A DNA stretch of 64,000 bases, from NCBI GenBank assembly GCA_902792295.1, contig CADAZC010000002.1, positions 2,803-66,802 of the forward strand, given 5' to 3'. This document shows positions 20,010-28,412 of the stretch, piece after piece (the stretch's first letter is position 1; each line of letters starts with the position of its first letter). The translations under genes were made by a program, and so were the position numbers. Source of the DNA: an uncultured Eubacteriales bacterium. Lineage in GTDB: Bacteria; Bacillota; Clostridia; Christensenellales; CAG-138. The notes beneath the pieces are model-generated. The model was not told the origin of the DNA. It saw nothing but the letters and a program-made list of their open reading frames with translations, and searched no databases.

Positions 20010-20926
20010 CGGACTTACAAACGCCGATCAAAGACGCGGGCTTCGCGGAAGGTTTTTTGCTTCCCGTCGCCCCCTATACGGACTGGACACGCCATCGGAA
20101 CGATGGCGTGTTTCATCCGAACACGGCGCCGCTTGCGGATGATCCGAAAGAGACCTATCCGTGGGCAAACGCCGTGCTGATCTGCGTGTATCCGTATACG
20201 CCGTACGAGGACGAAACGCTGGTCGCTTCGTACTATCCGGCAAGCAACCGCGCCTATCATGCAATGAAACGGCTGATGGCGCTTTTGAAGGAGCGGGGGA
20301 TCCGTGCGGAACGCGCCGAAACGCCGTACCGCGAACAGCTTGCCGCCTACGGCATCGGTTCGCGCATGGACAATCAGCTCCTGTATCTTGAACCGTACGG
20401 AACCTATTTCAACCTCCAGGGCGCTATGCTTGCGCTGCCCGAACCGGTCGCATACACGCCGCGGCGGGAAGCAAGGGAGATCTGCGACCATTGCGGGCTG
20501 TGCAAAGCGGTCTGCTTCGGCGCGATCAAGGGCGATTACGCGTTTGACTGGACGCGCTGCGTGCATACCTATATGGAGGGCGACCCGATGCCGGAGACCG
20601 CCATGAAACAGCTACCGTCGCTTCTGGGCTGCATGCGCTGTCAGGCGATCTGTCCGAAGAATCCGAAAGCAACCGTCCCGATCCCGGACGAGGTCCGAAA
20701 AACGCTCGATCCTGTGGCGGTGCTTCGGGGAAACCGAAAAGAGGCGGAGGCGCTGATCGGCAAAAACCTCTCCGCGCCGAAACGCGTGCTGCGGCAGGCG
20801 ATCGTGCTTGCCGCCAACCGCGGAAGGACCGACGCGATCCCGTATCTCATGAAGCTCCGCGAGACTGACGGCGAACGGTTCAAAGCGGAACTGGACTACG
20901 CATTTTCCCTCTTGCAAAATCCGTAG
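20006..20926 (+). CDS. queG: QueG-like epoxyqueuosine reductase family protein (two 4Fe-4S motifs plus C-terminal HEAT-like repeat), short form
   Basis: 306 aa with CDHCGLCKAVC and LLGCMRCQAICPKNP ferredoxin-type motifs. A HEAT-like tail follows (AIVLAANRGRTDAIPYLMKLRE). It is shorter than the B. subtilis QueG as I remember it (~380 aa), so the function is uncertain. Confidence 0.55.
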   Translation: MTDLQTPIKDAGFAEGFLLPVAPYTDWTRHRNDGVFHPNTAPLADDPKETYPWANAVLICVYPYTPYEDETLVASYYPASNRAYHAMKRLMALLKERGIRAERAETPYREQLAAYGIGSRMDNQLLYLEPYGTYFNLQGAMLALPEPVAYTPRREAREICDHCGLCKAVCFGAIKGDYAFDWTRCVHTYMEGDPMPETAMKQLPSLLGCMRCQAICPKNPKATVPIPDEVRKTLDPVAVLRGNRKEAEALIGKNLSAPKRVLRQAIVLAANRGRTDAIPYLMKLRETDGERFKAELDYAFSLLQNP

Positions 20927-20940
20927 GATGCGATTATAAT
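20912..20940 (+). promoter_or_regulatory. Sigma-A-type promoter for SRP RNA (TTGCAA-17-TATAAT)
   Basis: Near-consensus hexamers with 17-nt spacing. The -10 ends about 6 nt before the predicted SRP RNA 5' end, and the -35 lies in the last codons of the upstream CDS. Confidence 0.6.
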
Positions 20941-20944
20941 ATGT

Positions 20945-21175
20945 TTTGCACTAAGCGGGGAGTTAGCGGTGCCCTGTACTCGCAATCCGCTACAGCGAGG
21001 CCGAATCCCCGTCCCGAGGCCGGTTGTTGTGAGGTCGGTCTCAATACGGAACGTTGATGCGCGGGTCCCGTGCAATCGCACGCCGTGAACCGTGTCAGAT
21101 CCTGACGGAAGCAGCACTAAGCGGAATGAGGGTCCACTCGGAGCAAAGGGTCGAAGGACGGGTGTGCAAGTTTTG
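20945..21175 (+). ncRNA. ffs: Signal recognition particle RNA, long Bacillus/Clostridium type with Alu domain
   Basis: The 5' part CACTAAGCGGGGAGTTAGCGGTGCCCTGTACTCGCAATCCGCTACAGCGAGGCCGAATCCCC closely matches the B. subtilis scRNA Alu-domain segment. The domain IV core is GTGTCAGATCCTGACGGAAGCAGCACTAAG. The 5' TTTGCAC pairs with the 3' GTGTGCAAG. A promoter lies upstream and a terminator downstream. The ends are good to +/-5 nt. Confidence 0.88.
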
Positions 21176-21183
21176 ATGAATGA

Positions 21184-21212
21184 AAAAGCCGGGCACATCG
21201 CTCGGCTTTTTT
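21184..21212 (+). terminator. Intrinsic terminator after SRP RNA
   Basis: AAAAAGCCGggcacatcgctCGGCTTTTTT: a GC stem followed by a T6 run. Confidence 0.75.
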
Positions 21213-21233
21213 GTAAAAACGGAAAGGGGCAGT

Positions 21234-21896
21234 ATGGAAGATTTCTCGGTTTTTGACATCATCGGTCCGCGTATGACAGGCCCGTCGTCCAGTCATACGG
21301 CGGGGGCGGTGCGCATTGCTTATATCGCAAGGCGCTTGATCGGCGAAGAAATCAGCCGTGTGCATTTTACGCTCTACGGTTCATTTGCGGAAACGGGGCG
21401 CGGTCACGGAACGGATAAAGCGCTGATCGGCGGAATTTTGGGCTTTACACCGGATGATGAGCGAATCCGCCGCGCCTATGAATACGCGAAGAGTCAGGGC
21501 GTTCAGGTCGGTTTTACCTATTCCGACGAGCCGGTGGACCATCCCAATACGGTGAAAATCGAGGCGACTGACGTCAATGAGCATACGATGGAAGTCGTGG
21601 GGCGTTCGGTCGGCGGAGGGAATATTCTGATTACCGAGATCAATGAGCAGAGCGTCGAACTGTCGGGCGAATATCCAACGCTGATTGTCAGCCACAGAGA
21701 CGAGCCAGGCGTCATTGCGGAAGTATCGCACGTACTTGCGCAGCTTAACATCAATATTGCCTTTATGCGTGTATTTCGTCACGGGCGCGGACGGGATGCC
21801 TATATGTGTATTGAAACCGATACGCCTGTCACAAAGGAGATGCAGAGCATTATTCGCCAGCTCTGCAAAGGCATCTCCGCGTTGTTTGCGGCATAA
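21234..21896 (+). CDS. sdaAB: L-serine dehydratase, iron-sulfur-dependent, beta subunit
   Basis: I trimmed ORF 21180..21896 to ATG 21234 (SD GGAAAGGGG), because the upstream part covers the SRP RNA terminator. The protein reads SVFDIIGPRMTGPSSSHTAGAVRIA and has a C-terminal ACT-like domain. Confidence 0.9.
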   Translation: MEDFSVFDIIGPRMTGPSSSHTAGAVRIAYIARRLIGEEISRVHFTLYGSFAETGRGHGTDKALIGGILGFTPDDERIRRAYEYAKSQGVQVGFTYSDEPVDHPNTVKIEATDVNEHTMEVVGRSVGGGNILITEINEQSVELSGEYPTLIVSHRDEPGVIAEVSHVLAQLNINIAFMRVFRHGRGRDAYMCIETDTPVTKEMQSIIRQLCKGISALFAA

Positions 21897-21908
21897 GGAG
21901 GAACGGCT

Positions 21909-22814
21909 ATGCAGTTGATGGATGCTTTCGGAACTGGAGCAAAGCTTTGTGAATACTGCGCAGGCGAGAACTGTACAATTGCGGAAGCAATGATTCGGCG
22001 TGAGATTTCACGCGGGGAAATGATGCGCGATGCGATCCTTAAAGAGATGCGGGAAAATTTGAACGTCATGCGCGAGTCCGTTCGGATCGGATTGGAAGAG
22101 CATGTGGAAACCGTTTCCCATTTGTCCGGCGGCGAGGCAATGCGTCTGTTCCGCTACGCAAAATACGATCCGTTTTCGGGCGGAAACACCTGCCGCGCTG
22201 CTGCGAGCGCCATGGCGGTTTGTGAAGTCAATTCCGCAATGGGACGAATTGTCGCTGCGCCGACAGCCGGCGCAAGCGGAATTCTTCCGGGGGTATTGAT
22301 CGAATGCGGGATGGAGCGCGGCTGGACCGATGAACAGCTTGTTCAGGGATTGTTCACCGCCGGGGCGGTCGGGTTGCTGTTTGCCACGAATGCGACGATC
22401 TCCGGGGCGGACGGCGGCTGTCAGGCGGAAACCGGCGTTGCAAGCGCGATGGCGGCCGCCGCGATTGTCGAACTATCCGGCGGAACACCTGAGCAGGCGC
22501 TGGACGCGGCCGCGATGACGATTAAAAATATCATGGGACTTGTTTGCGACCCTGTTGCGGGCCTTGTCGAGTGTCCCTGCATTAAGCGCAACGCGCTCGG
22601 CGCAGCCAACGCGCTGCTGTGCGCCGATATGACGCTTTGCGGCATTACCAGTCTGATCCCGTTTGACGAGGTCGTTTCCGCCATGTATCAGGTCGGAAAG
22701 GATATTCGCCGCGAATACCGCGAAACGGCAAAAGGCGGGCTTGCAGCGACGCCTACCGGCAAAGCGGTTGCCGAAAAAGTCAAGCGATTCCAGGAATATT
22801 CCGGAGAATACTGA
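21909..22814 (+). CDS. sdaAA: L-serine dehydratase, iron-sulfur-dependent, alpha subunit
   Basis: 301 aa with SD GGAGG: AAPTAGASGILPGVL...GGCQAETGVASAMAAAA...GLVCDPVAGLVECPCIKRN. Confidence 0.9.
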   Translation: MQLMDAFGTGAKLCEYCAGENCTIAEAMIRREISRGEMMRDAILKEMRENLNVMRESVRIGLEEHVETVSHLSGGEAMRLFRYAKYDPFSGGNTCRAAASAMAVCEVNSAMGRIVAAPTAGASGILPGVLIECGMERGWTDEQLVQGLFTAGAVGLLFATNATISGADGGCQAETGVASAMAAAAIVELSGGTPEQALDAAAMTIKNIMGLVCDPVAGLVECPCIKRNALGAANALLCADMTLCGITSLIPFDEVVSAMYQVGKDIRREYRETAKGGLAATPTGKAVAEKVKRFQEYSGEY

Positions 22815-22825
22815 GCCGACGCATC

Positions 22826-22860
22826 AAAAATGGCTGTTCCTTTACGGGACAGCCATTTCG
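22826..22860. terminator. Bidirectional intrinsic terminator between sdaAA and the convergent kinase gene
   Basis: AAAAATGGCTGTTCCtttacGGGACAGCCATTT: an 11-bp stem with an A-run on one side and a T-run on the other. Confidence 0.65.
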
Positions 22861-22873
22861 CATCTTTCAAAAC

Positions 22874-23542
22874 TCAGAACCCGAACATCGGCAGAACGAC
22901 CGCTTCGATGCGCTTTGCGATCTCTTCGATCGGCAGCAGCACGCCGTTTTCCGTGCACAGGATCAGTTTGACGTTCGGGATGCGCTGTGCGTATTCGGCG
23001 TATTTTTTCCGCGCACGGGTCTGGATCGAGTCAATGCTCTCGTAAACGTCGCGCGCGTTGCCGATGTACTCTCGGAATCCCTTTTTATCCACGTTGCCGG
23101 CAGCGCTTTCGGTGTCCATATCCAACACCAGATGCAGGTCCGGCACGGGGATTCCGAAATGCCTGTGCTCCAGTTCAAGACAGAAATCGAGGATGTCCGG
23201 TTTGCCGAGGTCGATATCGCGAATGCTCTGGTAGACGGCGTTGGAGAGAACGTAGCGGTTGATCAGCAGCACGTCGCAGTCGGAATAATCGAGCGAACGG
23301 AACGCCTCAAACCGGTCCAGCGCGAACCACAGCGCCATGCTCTTTCCGTCCACGGTGTTCGCGGCGATCCCGTCCTTTGCGGAAAGATACCGTCCGACCA
23401 TTTCTCCGAAAAACGTGTCGTACATGGGGAAGGAGATTTCCTTCACCTTGAGTCCGCGCTTTTTCAGCGTTTCGGACAGGCATGCCATCTGCACGCTCTT
23501 ACCGGTTCCGTCGATGCCCTCGAAAGCAATGATTTTCGCCAT
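22874..23542 (-). CDS. Thymidylate kinase family protein (dTMP kinase-like)
   Basis: I trimmed ORF 22874..23926 to ATG 23542 (SD GGAGGAAAACGC). The protein is 222 aa, starting MAKIIAFEGIDGTGKSVQ (P-loop), with DRF..S and LID-like regions. It is monocistronic and not in the usual tmk-holB context, so it could be a paralog. Confidence 0.7.
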   Translation of the reverse strand: MAKIIAFEGIDGTGKSVQMACLSETLKKRGLKVKEISFPMYDTFFGEMVGRYLSAKDGIAANTVDGKSMALWFALDRFEAFRSLDYSDCDVLLINRYVLSNAVYQSIRDIDLGKPDILDFCLELEHRHFGIPVPDLHLVLDMDTESAAGNVDKKGFREYIGNARDVYESIDSIQTRARKKYAEYAQRIPNVKLILCTENGVLLPIEEIAKRIEAVVLPMFGF

Positions 23543-23793
23543 GCGTTTTCCTCCCGGATGCGCTTTGTGCGCGGATCGCGTTTTCTTCGACGGCAAACGG
23601 AATGCCGCCGAAAACACACATGGTATTATAGCATATCCGACAGAATCGGGCAAGATGATTCTGACATATTGCGGCGAACCGGCACGACGGATACGGCAGC
23701 CGTTCGAACCGGGTCGTTTCGGGACGATGGAAAGGCGAACCGGACCGCGCCGATCGCCGGACACGCACCGGTATGTTTTTGTATAATGCGGAT

Positions 23794-26043
23794 ATGCGGA
23801 AGGACAGACAGGCAACAGAGTATGGACGGGAAACACTGACCGGCACGCTCGTCGTGATCGGCGGGTTCTTCTGCGCGCTGCTCTTGTCACGCGTGCGGAT
23901 CCACGACCTGCATACGCCGCTGGCACTCGGACTTTTGCTCGGCAGTCAGCTTGCGGGGTTCGATCCGGCGCCGATCGTCGGCGGCGTCATCCTCGGCGCG
24001 TTCTCCGAATCGCGCCCGTACTGGCAGGGCGTTGCCGTCGCTCTGCTGTATTGGGGTATCACGCGGATCGTTCTTCTGTTTCGCAAAAAGTGCCGTCCCA
24101 CGTTTCGCTTTCTGATCTATATCGCCTGCGTGCTGATCACGCTTCCCGTTTCGGCGGTCCACGGCACGGAGGAACTGCTGTACGGGATGATATCCCTGTC
24201 CGTTTCCGTGCTGTCCGCCGTATGCTTCCGACGCGTCTGCCAAACCGTCAAAACAATGCACGGTTCGCGTATGCTGACCGAAACCGAGCAGGGTGCGATT
24301 GTGCTGGGGATCGGCACGCTGCTGCTTGCCGTCTCGGACGCAAAACTGCTTCTTTGGTCGCTGCCCGTCACGCTGATCCTGCTGCTTACAGCGACGGCTG
24401 TTTCGGCGCGGGGCGTCTTCGGCGCGGCGGCGGGAACGCTCTGGTCCGTCATGCTCGTGCTGTACGCAAAGACCGATCCGGTGCTGATCGGAAGCGTCGC
24501 GCTGGGTGCGCTCGGCGCGGCGGCGGTGCGTGAAAAAGGCAAGCTGTTTATCATCGGCGCGTTTGTGCTGTCCGGCGTGCTGTTCCAATCGTTTCTGAAA
24601 CAGCAGGCGTACGGAATGAGTGTTCCGAACCTTTTGAGCGCCATGCTGATCTTTTTGATCATTCCGAAGGACTGGCTCGAATACCTGCGCGCGTACACGG
24701 ATCCGCGGCTGTATGCGGATCGACTGGCAGCGGATTCCGTTCGGCGAACCGAAAGACGCGCGTCGCATGAACTGGAACGCATGGGAAAGCTTCTCGGCGG
24801 ACTTTCCGGCATGTTCTGTACCGCGTCCGAGGAAACGGAATCCGTCGAGCTTTGGACCGTACAGGGCGCGCTTTCCGTTTGCCGCGGATGCGGGCGGCGC
24901 AGCGCGTGCTGGAACGATGCGGACGTCATGCGGGAAGCGGTCATGTCGCTTGCAAAGGAAACGGAGACGGAGAACCGGTCGGAGCCGATCGGACCGATCG
25001 ATGAAAACTGCCGGCGCTTTGACGATCTGTGTTCATCCGTCCGGTTGGCGTATCGGCAGGCGGAAAGCCGGGAGGCAGTCAGCCGTCGGGCGAAAAGCCA
25101 GTCCTGTTTTGCCGAACGGCAGTTGTCCGGCGCGGGAGCGGCGCTTTGTACGTATGCCAGACGAATGCGGAACCGCGCGCGGAGTACGGGACACAGGGAA
25201 CGAAAAATCAGAGATCGCCTGATCGAGGCGGGGTATCGTGTGGAGCAGACGGACGTGTATGTATCGGAAGGATCGGAAACGATCTCGGTACAGCTTCGCC
25301 GCCCGCTGAAAACCGCGCATTCCGCCGTGCAATGGGAAATCGAGCAGGCGTGCGGATATAAGCTGCGCTGTATCCGGGTCGCGCAAAACAAAGACCGCGT
25401 GTCGTTTGAATTTGAGCAGGACGCGGAACTGCATGCGGCGGCGCAGGTTTACAGAACGACCGGGGACGACACCGTCAGCGGGGATGCGACAGGGGAATGC
25501 CGTTTCCCGGACGGCAGGATTTGCTTCGCCTTATCGGACGGAATGGGAAGCGGCAAGACCGCGCGGCAGGAAAGCGAAGCGGCGATCCGTCTGTTGTTCC
25601 GGCTGTATCATGCGGGCGTACGGAAGGAACTCGTCTATGAAAATGTCAATCGCATGCTGATGGCGCAGAACGAAACGGAGATGTACGCTACGCTCGATGC
25701 GGTTTCGATCGACCTGAATTCGGGCGAGGCGGAGCTTTTGAAATACGGCGCGCCGCCGAGCTTCCTTCTGCGGGACGGTCAGGTCAGCGCAATCACGGGG
25801 GAAGCGCTTCCGTGCGGGATTCTCGCAGAAGCGAAGCCGAGCGTCATTCGCATCCGGCTGAAACGGAACGACCGCATCGTGCTTTGCTCCGACGGCGTGC
25901 AGGACGTTTTGCCGGAGGGGATGGAGGCGGCGATCCGTGCGGTCGCGGACGATCCGAAAAAAACGGGAGATGCGCTTCTGCGGCTTGCACAGTCGCGCGG
26001 GGGATCGGATGACATGACGGTAATGGTCATCCATGTGGCATGA
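23794..26043 (+). CDS. spoIIE: Stage II sporulation protein E (membrane PP2C phosphatase)
   Basis: About 10 N-terminal TM segments are followed by a central regulatory region. The C-terminal PP2C domain reads FALSDGMGSG...LCSDGVQD...GGSDDMTVMVIHV. The start is uncertain between ATG 23794 and 23773, and neither has an SD. The stop overlaps the spoIIGA ATG. Confidence 0.88.
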   Translation: MRKDRQATEYGRETLTGTLVVIGGFFCALLLSRVRIHDLHTPLALGLLLGSQLAGFDPAPIVGGVILGAFSESRPYWQGVAVALLYWGITRIVLLFRKKCRPTFRFLIYIACVLITLPVSAVHGTEELLYGMISLSVSVLSAVCFRRVCQTVKTMHGSRMLTETEQGAIVLGIGTLLLAVSDAKLLLWSLPVTLILLLTATAVSARGVFGAAAGTLWSVMLVLYAKTDPVLIGSVALGALGAAAVREKGKLFIIGAFVLSGVLFQSFLKQQAYGMSVPNLLSAMLIFLIIPKDWLEYLRAYTDPRLYADRLAADSVRRTERRASHELERMGKLLGGLSGMFCTASEETESVELWTVQGALSVCRGCGRRSACWNDADVMREAVMSLAKETETENRSEPIGPIDENCRRFDDLCSSVRLAYRQAESREAVSRRAKSQSCFAERQLSGAGAALCTYARRMRNRARSTGHRERKIRDRLIEAGYRVEQTDVYVSEGSETISVQLRRPLKTAHSAVQWEIEQACGYKLRCIRVAQNKDRVSFEFEQDAELHAAAQVYRTTGDDTVSGDATGECRFPDGRICFALSDGMGSGKTARQESEAAIRLLFRLYHAGVRKELVYENVNRMLMAQNETEMYATLDAVSIDLNSGEAELLKYGAPPSFLLRDGQVSAITGEALPCGILAEAKPSVIRIRLKRNDRIVLCSDGVQDVLPEGMEAAIRAVADDPKKTGDALLRLAQSRGGSDDMTVMVIHVA

Positions 26044-26984
26044 AGCTTGCGATCGAGCCGTTCCTTTTGGACAACACGCTGATGAACTGCTGCGTATATC
26101 TGCTCGCGGCGGCATGGATGGGCGTGCGGCTGCGTATTCTGCCCGCGCTCGGCGTTTCGCTGCTCGGCGCCGTGTATGCGCTGCTTTCGCTGTTTTATGT
26201 TCCGCTGCTCCGGACGCCGCTCGTTAAGATCGGCTCCTTTCTGCTGCTTTCGCTGCCGCTGTTCCGGCGTTCGGGGGCATGGAAATGTATTCCGTTTCTG
26301 CTGCTGTCCGCCGCGCTTACGGGCGGCACGGCGATGTTTCTGACGCTTTGGCTCGGCGGTACCGTTTATGCGGACGGAACAATGATCGGCACCGTCCCGC
26401 TGCGTGCGGCGCTGTTTTCGACGTTTGCTGCGCTCTGCCTGCCGCGACTGATCCGCGGACTGCTGACGGTGCGCAAACGGCGCGCCCTGCATACCCGCGT
26501 CATTGTGCGGCTCAAAGAGCATACCCATTGCCTTGACGCGCTGATCGATAGCGGGAATCTTTTGAAGGAACCGATTTCCGGGCTTCCCGTAATTCTGATT
26601 GCATGCGAGATCGACCGTCCCGAACGCCCGATCCCGTTCGAGAAGCTTTCCGGGGGCGGCGTTCTGTACGGGGAACGCCCGATATCCGTTTCGCTGCCGG
26701 AGTACGGAAACGCCTCGGTCGACTGCGTCTGCGCAACGGCGCCGGAGCCGATCGGAACAGCGCAGGCGATTCTGCCGGAATGTCTCTTACCGTATGATTG
26801 GAGGTCAGGAAATGATCACATGGTTTTACCGTATTTTGGCACGCCTGTTCGTGCGGCTTCGCATTGGCAGACGCAATACCTTATGGTACATTCATTCAAA
26901 CGAAAGTCTGCCGCCGCCGCTGGATCCCGAGGAGGAAGCGCGATGCATCGCGCTTGCGCCGACCGACAAGGAAGCGAAGGATAA
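26040..26984 (+). CDS. spoIIGA: Sigma-E processing peptidase SpoIIGA
   Basis: An N-terminal 5-TM domain is followed by the aspartic-protease motif [14 protein letters not shown]. The gene lies immediately upstream of sigE. The frame has no stop until 26984, which is 173 nt inside sigE, so the last ~57 aa may be a non-functional read-on. Confidence 0.85.
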   Translation: MKLAIEPFLLDNTLMNCCVYLLAAAWMGVRLRILPALGVSLLGAVYALLSLFYVPLLRTPLVKIGSFLLLSLPLFRRSGAWKCIPFLLLSAALTGGTAMFLTLWLGGTVYADGTMIGTVPLRAALFSTFAALCLPRLIRGLLTVRKRRALHTRVIVRLKEHTHCLDALIDSGNLLKEPISGLPVILIACEIDRPERPIPFEKLSGGGVLYGERPISVSLPEYGNASVDCVCATAPEPIGTAQAILPECLLPYDWRSGNDHMVLPYFGTPVRAASHWQTQYLMVHSFKRKSAAAAGSRGGSAMHRACADRQGSEG

Positions 26985-27525
26985 GCTGATCGTACACAAC
27001 CTTCGTCTGGTCGTATACCTTGCGCGCAAGTTCGAGAATACGGGCGTGCAGACGGAAGATCTGATCAGCATCGGCACGATCGGCCTGATCAAAGCGGTCG
27101 AAACGTTCAAAGCCGACAAAAAGATCAAGCTTGCGACCTACGCCTCGCGCTGCATCGAAAACGAGATCCTGATGCATCTTCGTCGCACGACCAAACTGAA
27201 GCTCGAGGTCAGCTTCGACGAGCCGTTGAACGTCGACTGGGACGGCAACGAACTGCTGCTTTCCGATGTGCTCGGAACCGATCCGGACGTCGTCAGCAAG
27301 GACATGGAGGACGAGGTCGAACGCGAGCTGCTGAAAAAAGCGCTTTCCAAGCTCTCGGAGCGGGAAAGGGACATCATCGACCTGCGCTTCGGGCTCAAAA
27401 ACGGCGAGGTGCAGACACAGAAGCAGGTCGCGGACGCCATGGGCATCTCACAGAGCTATATCAGCCGCCTCGAAAAACGGATCATGAAGCGACTGAAACG
27501 CGAGATCGTGCGTCTGCAGTCATGA
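26812..27525 (+). CDS. sigE: RNA polymerase sporulation sigma factor E (pro-sigma-E)
   Basis: ATG 26812 has the SD GGAGGTCAGGA. The pro-sequence is [19 protein letters not shown]. Region 2 reads [16 protein letters not shown] and [12 protein letters not shown]. Region 4 reads [22 protein letters not shown]. Confidence 0.92.
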   Translation: MITWFYRILARLFVRLRIGRRNTLWYIHSNESLPPPLDPEEEARCIALAPTDKEAKDKLIVHNLRLVVYLARKFENTGVQTEDLISIGTIGLIKAVETFKADKKIKLATYASRCIENEILMHLRRTTKLKLEVSFDEPLNVDWDGNELLLSDVLGTDPDVVSKDMEDEVERELLKKALSKLSERERDIIDLRFGLKNGEVQTQKQVADAMGISQSYISRLEKRIMKRLKREIVRLQS

Positions 27526-28362
27526 CCTGACGTATTTTTCAAGCTGTTTCAGCGCATTCTTCTCAAGCCGGGAGACCTGTGCCTGCGAGATGCCGATCTC
27601 TTTGGAAACCTCCACCTGGGTACGGCAGGCGAAATACCGGAGATTCAGAATCTTCCGGTCGCGTTCTCCGAGGTGCGAGATGCCTTCCCGGAGGGCAATC
27701 GCGTCGATGCGTTTCGCTTCGCTGTCCTTCGGATCGCAGATCTGGTCGAGCACGCATAGCGTATCGTCGTCCGTGTTGAACACTGGATCGTACAGGGAAA
27801 CGGGGTCGGAGATCGCATCGAGCGCAAACACCACGTCCGCTTCCGGAATGCCGAGTTCCTTCGCAATCTCACCGACGGTCGGTTCGCGTGAGAGGGCGTC
27901 GGTCAGCCGCAGCTTTGCCTGCATGGCGCGGTACGCGGTATCGCGCATGGAGCGCGGAACGCGGACGGCGCTGTAATCGCGCAGATGCCTTCGGATCTCG
28001 CCCGCAATCATCGGCACCGCATAGGTGGAGAAGCGGACATTCTGCTTGAGGTCGAATCCATCGACCGATTTGATAAGACCGATGCAGCCGACCTGAAACA
28101 GATCGTCTGCAAGCTCGCCGCGACCGGCGAAACGCTGCACAACCGAAAGAACGAGGCGCAGATTGGAGTAGATAAACCGCTCGCGCGCCTCCGAATCGCC
28201 CGATTTCGCCTTTATCAGAAGCGCACGCATCTCTTCCGGCTTCAGACGCGGCAGACGGGACGTGTCGATATTTGTGATCTCAACTTTTTGCAGGGAAATC
28301 ACCTCCGGAAAATAGTCTGTCCTTCCTGCCGCGCGTTCAAACAGCACGGACGGATTTGACAT
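27520..28362 (-). CDS. sigG: RNA polymerase sporulation sigma factor G
   Basis: It aligns by eye along its whole length with B. subtilis Sig[84 protein letters not shown]. The start is uncertain: ATG 28362, or a non-ATG start near 28305 just after GGAGGTGA. Confidence 0.85.
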   Translation of the reverse strand: MSNPSVLFERAAGRTDYFPEVISLQKVEITNIDTSRLPRLKPEEMRALLIKAKSGDSEARERFIYSNLRLVLSVVQRFAGRGELADDLFQVGCIGLIKSVDGFDLKQNVRFSTYAVPMIAGEIRRHLRDYSAVRVPRSMRDTAYRAMQAKLRLTDALSREPTVGEIAKELGIPEADVVFALDAISDPVSLYDPVFNTDDDTLCVLDQICDPKDSEAKRIDAIALREGISHLGERDRKILNLRYFACRTQVEVSKEIGISQAQVSRLEKNALKQLEKYVRS

Positions 28363-28412
28363 ACTTTTCCAATCGTGATACGATACAGCAAAGATCACGC
28401 GGAGGAAGCGCC

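Noticed and set aside
23560-23700. Possible Spo0A boxes (TTCGACG, TCCGACA, TCTGACA) upstream of spoIIE.
   Set aside because: These are only 6/7 matches to TGTCGAA/TTCGACA, which are expected by chance at this length. The local Spo0A-like protein also has an altered recognition helix, so the B. subtilis consensus may not apply.
23543-23926. An N-terminal extension of the thymidylate-kinase-like ORF (track 22874..23926).
   Set aside because: The P-loop begins 8 residues after ATG 23542, which has a GGAGG SD. The extension overlaps the spoIIE start region and has shadow-frame composition.
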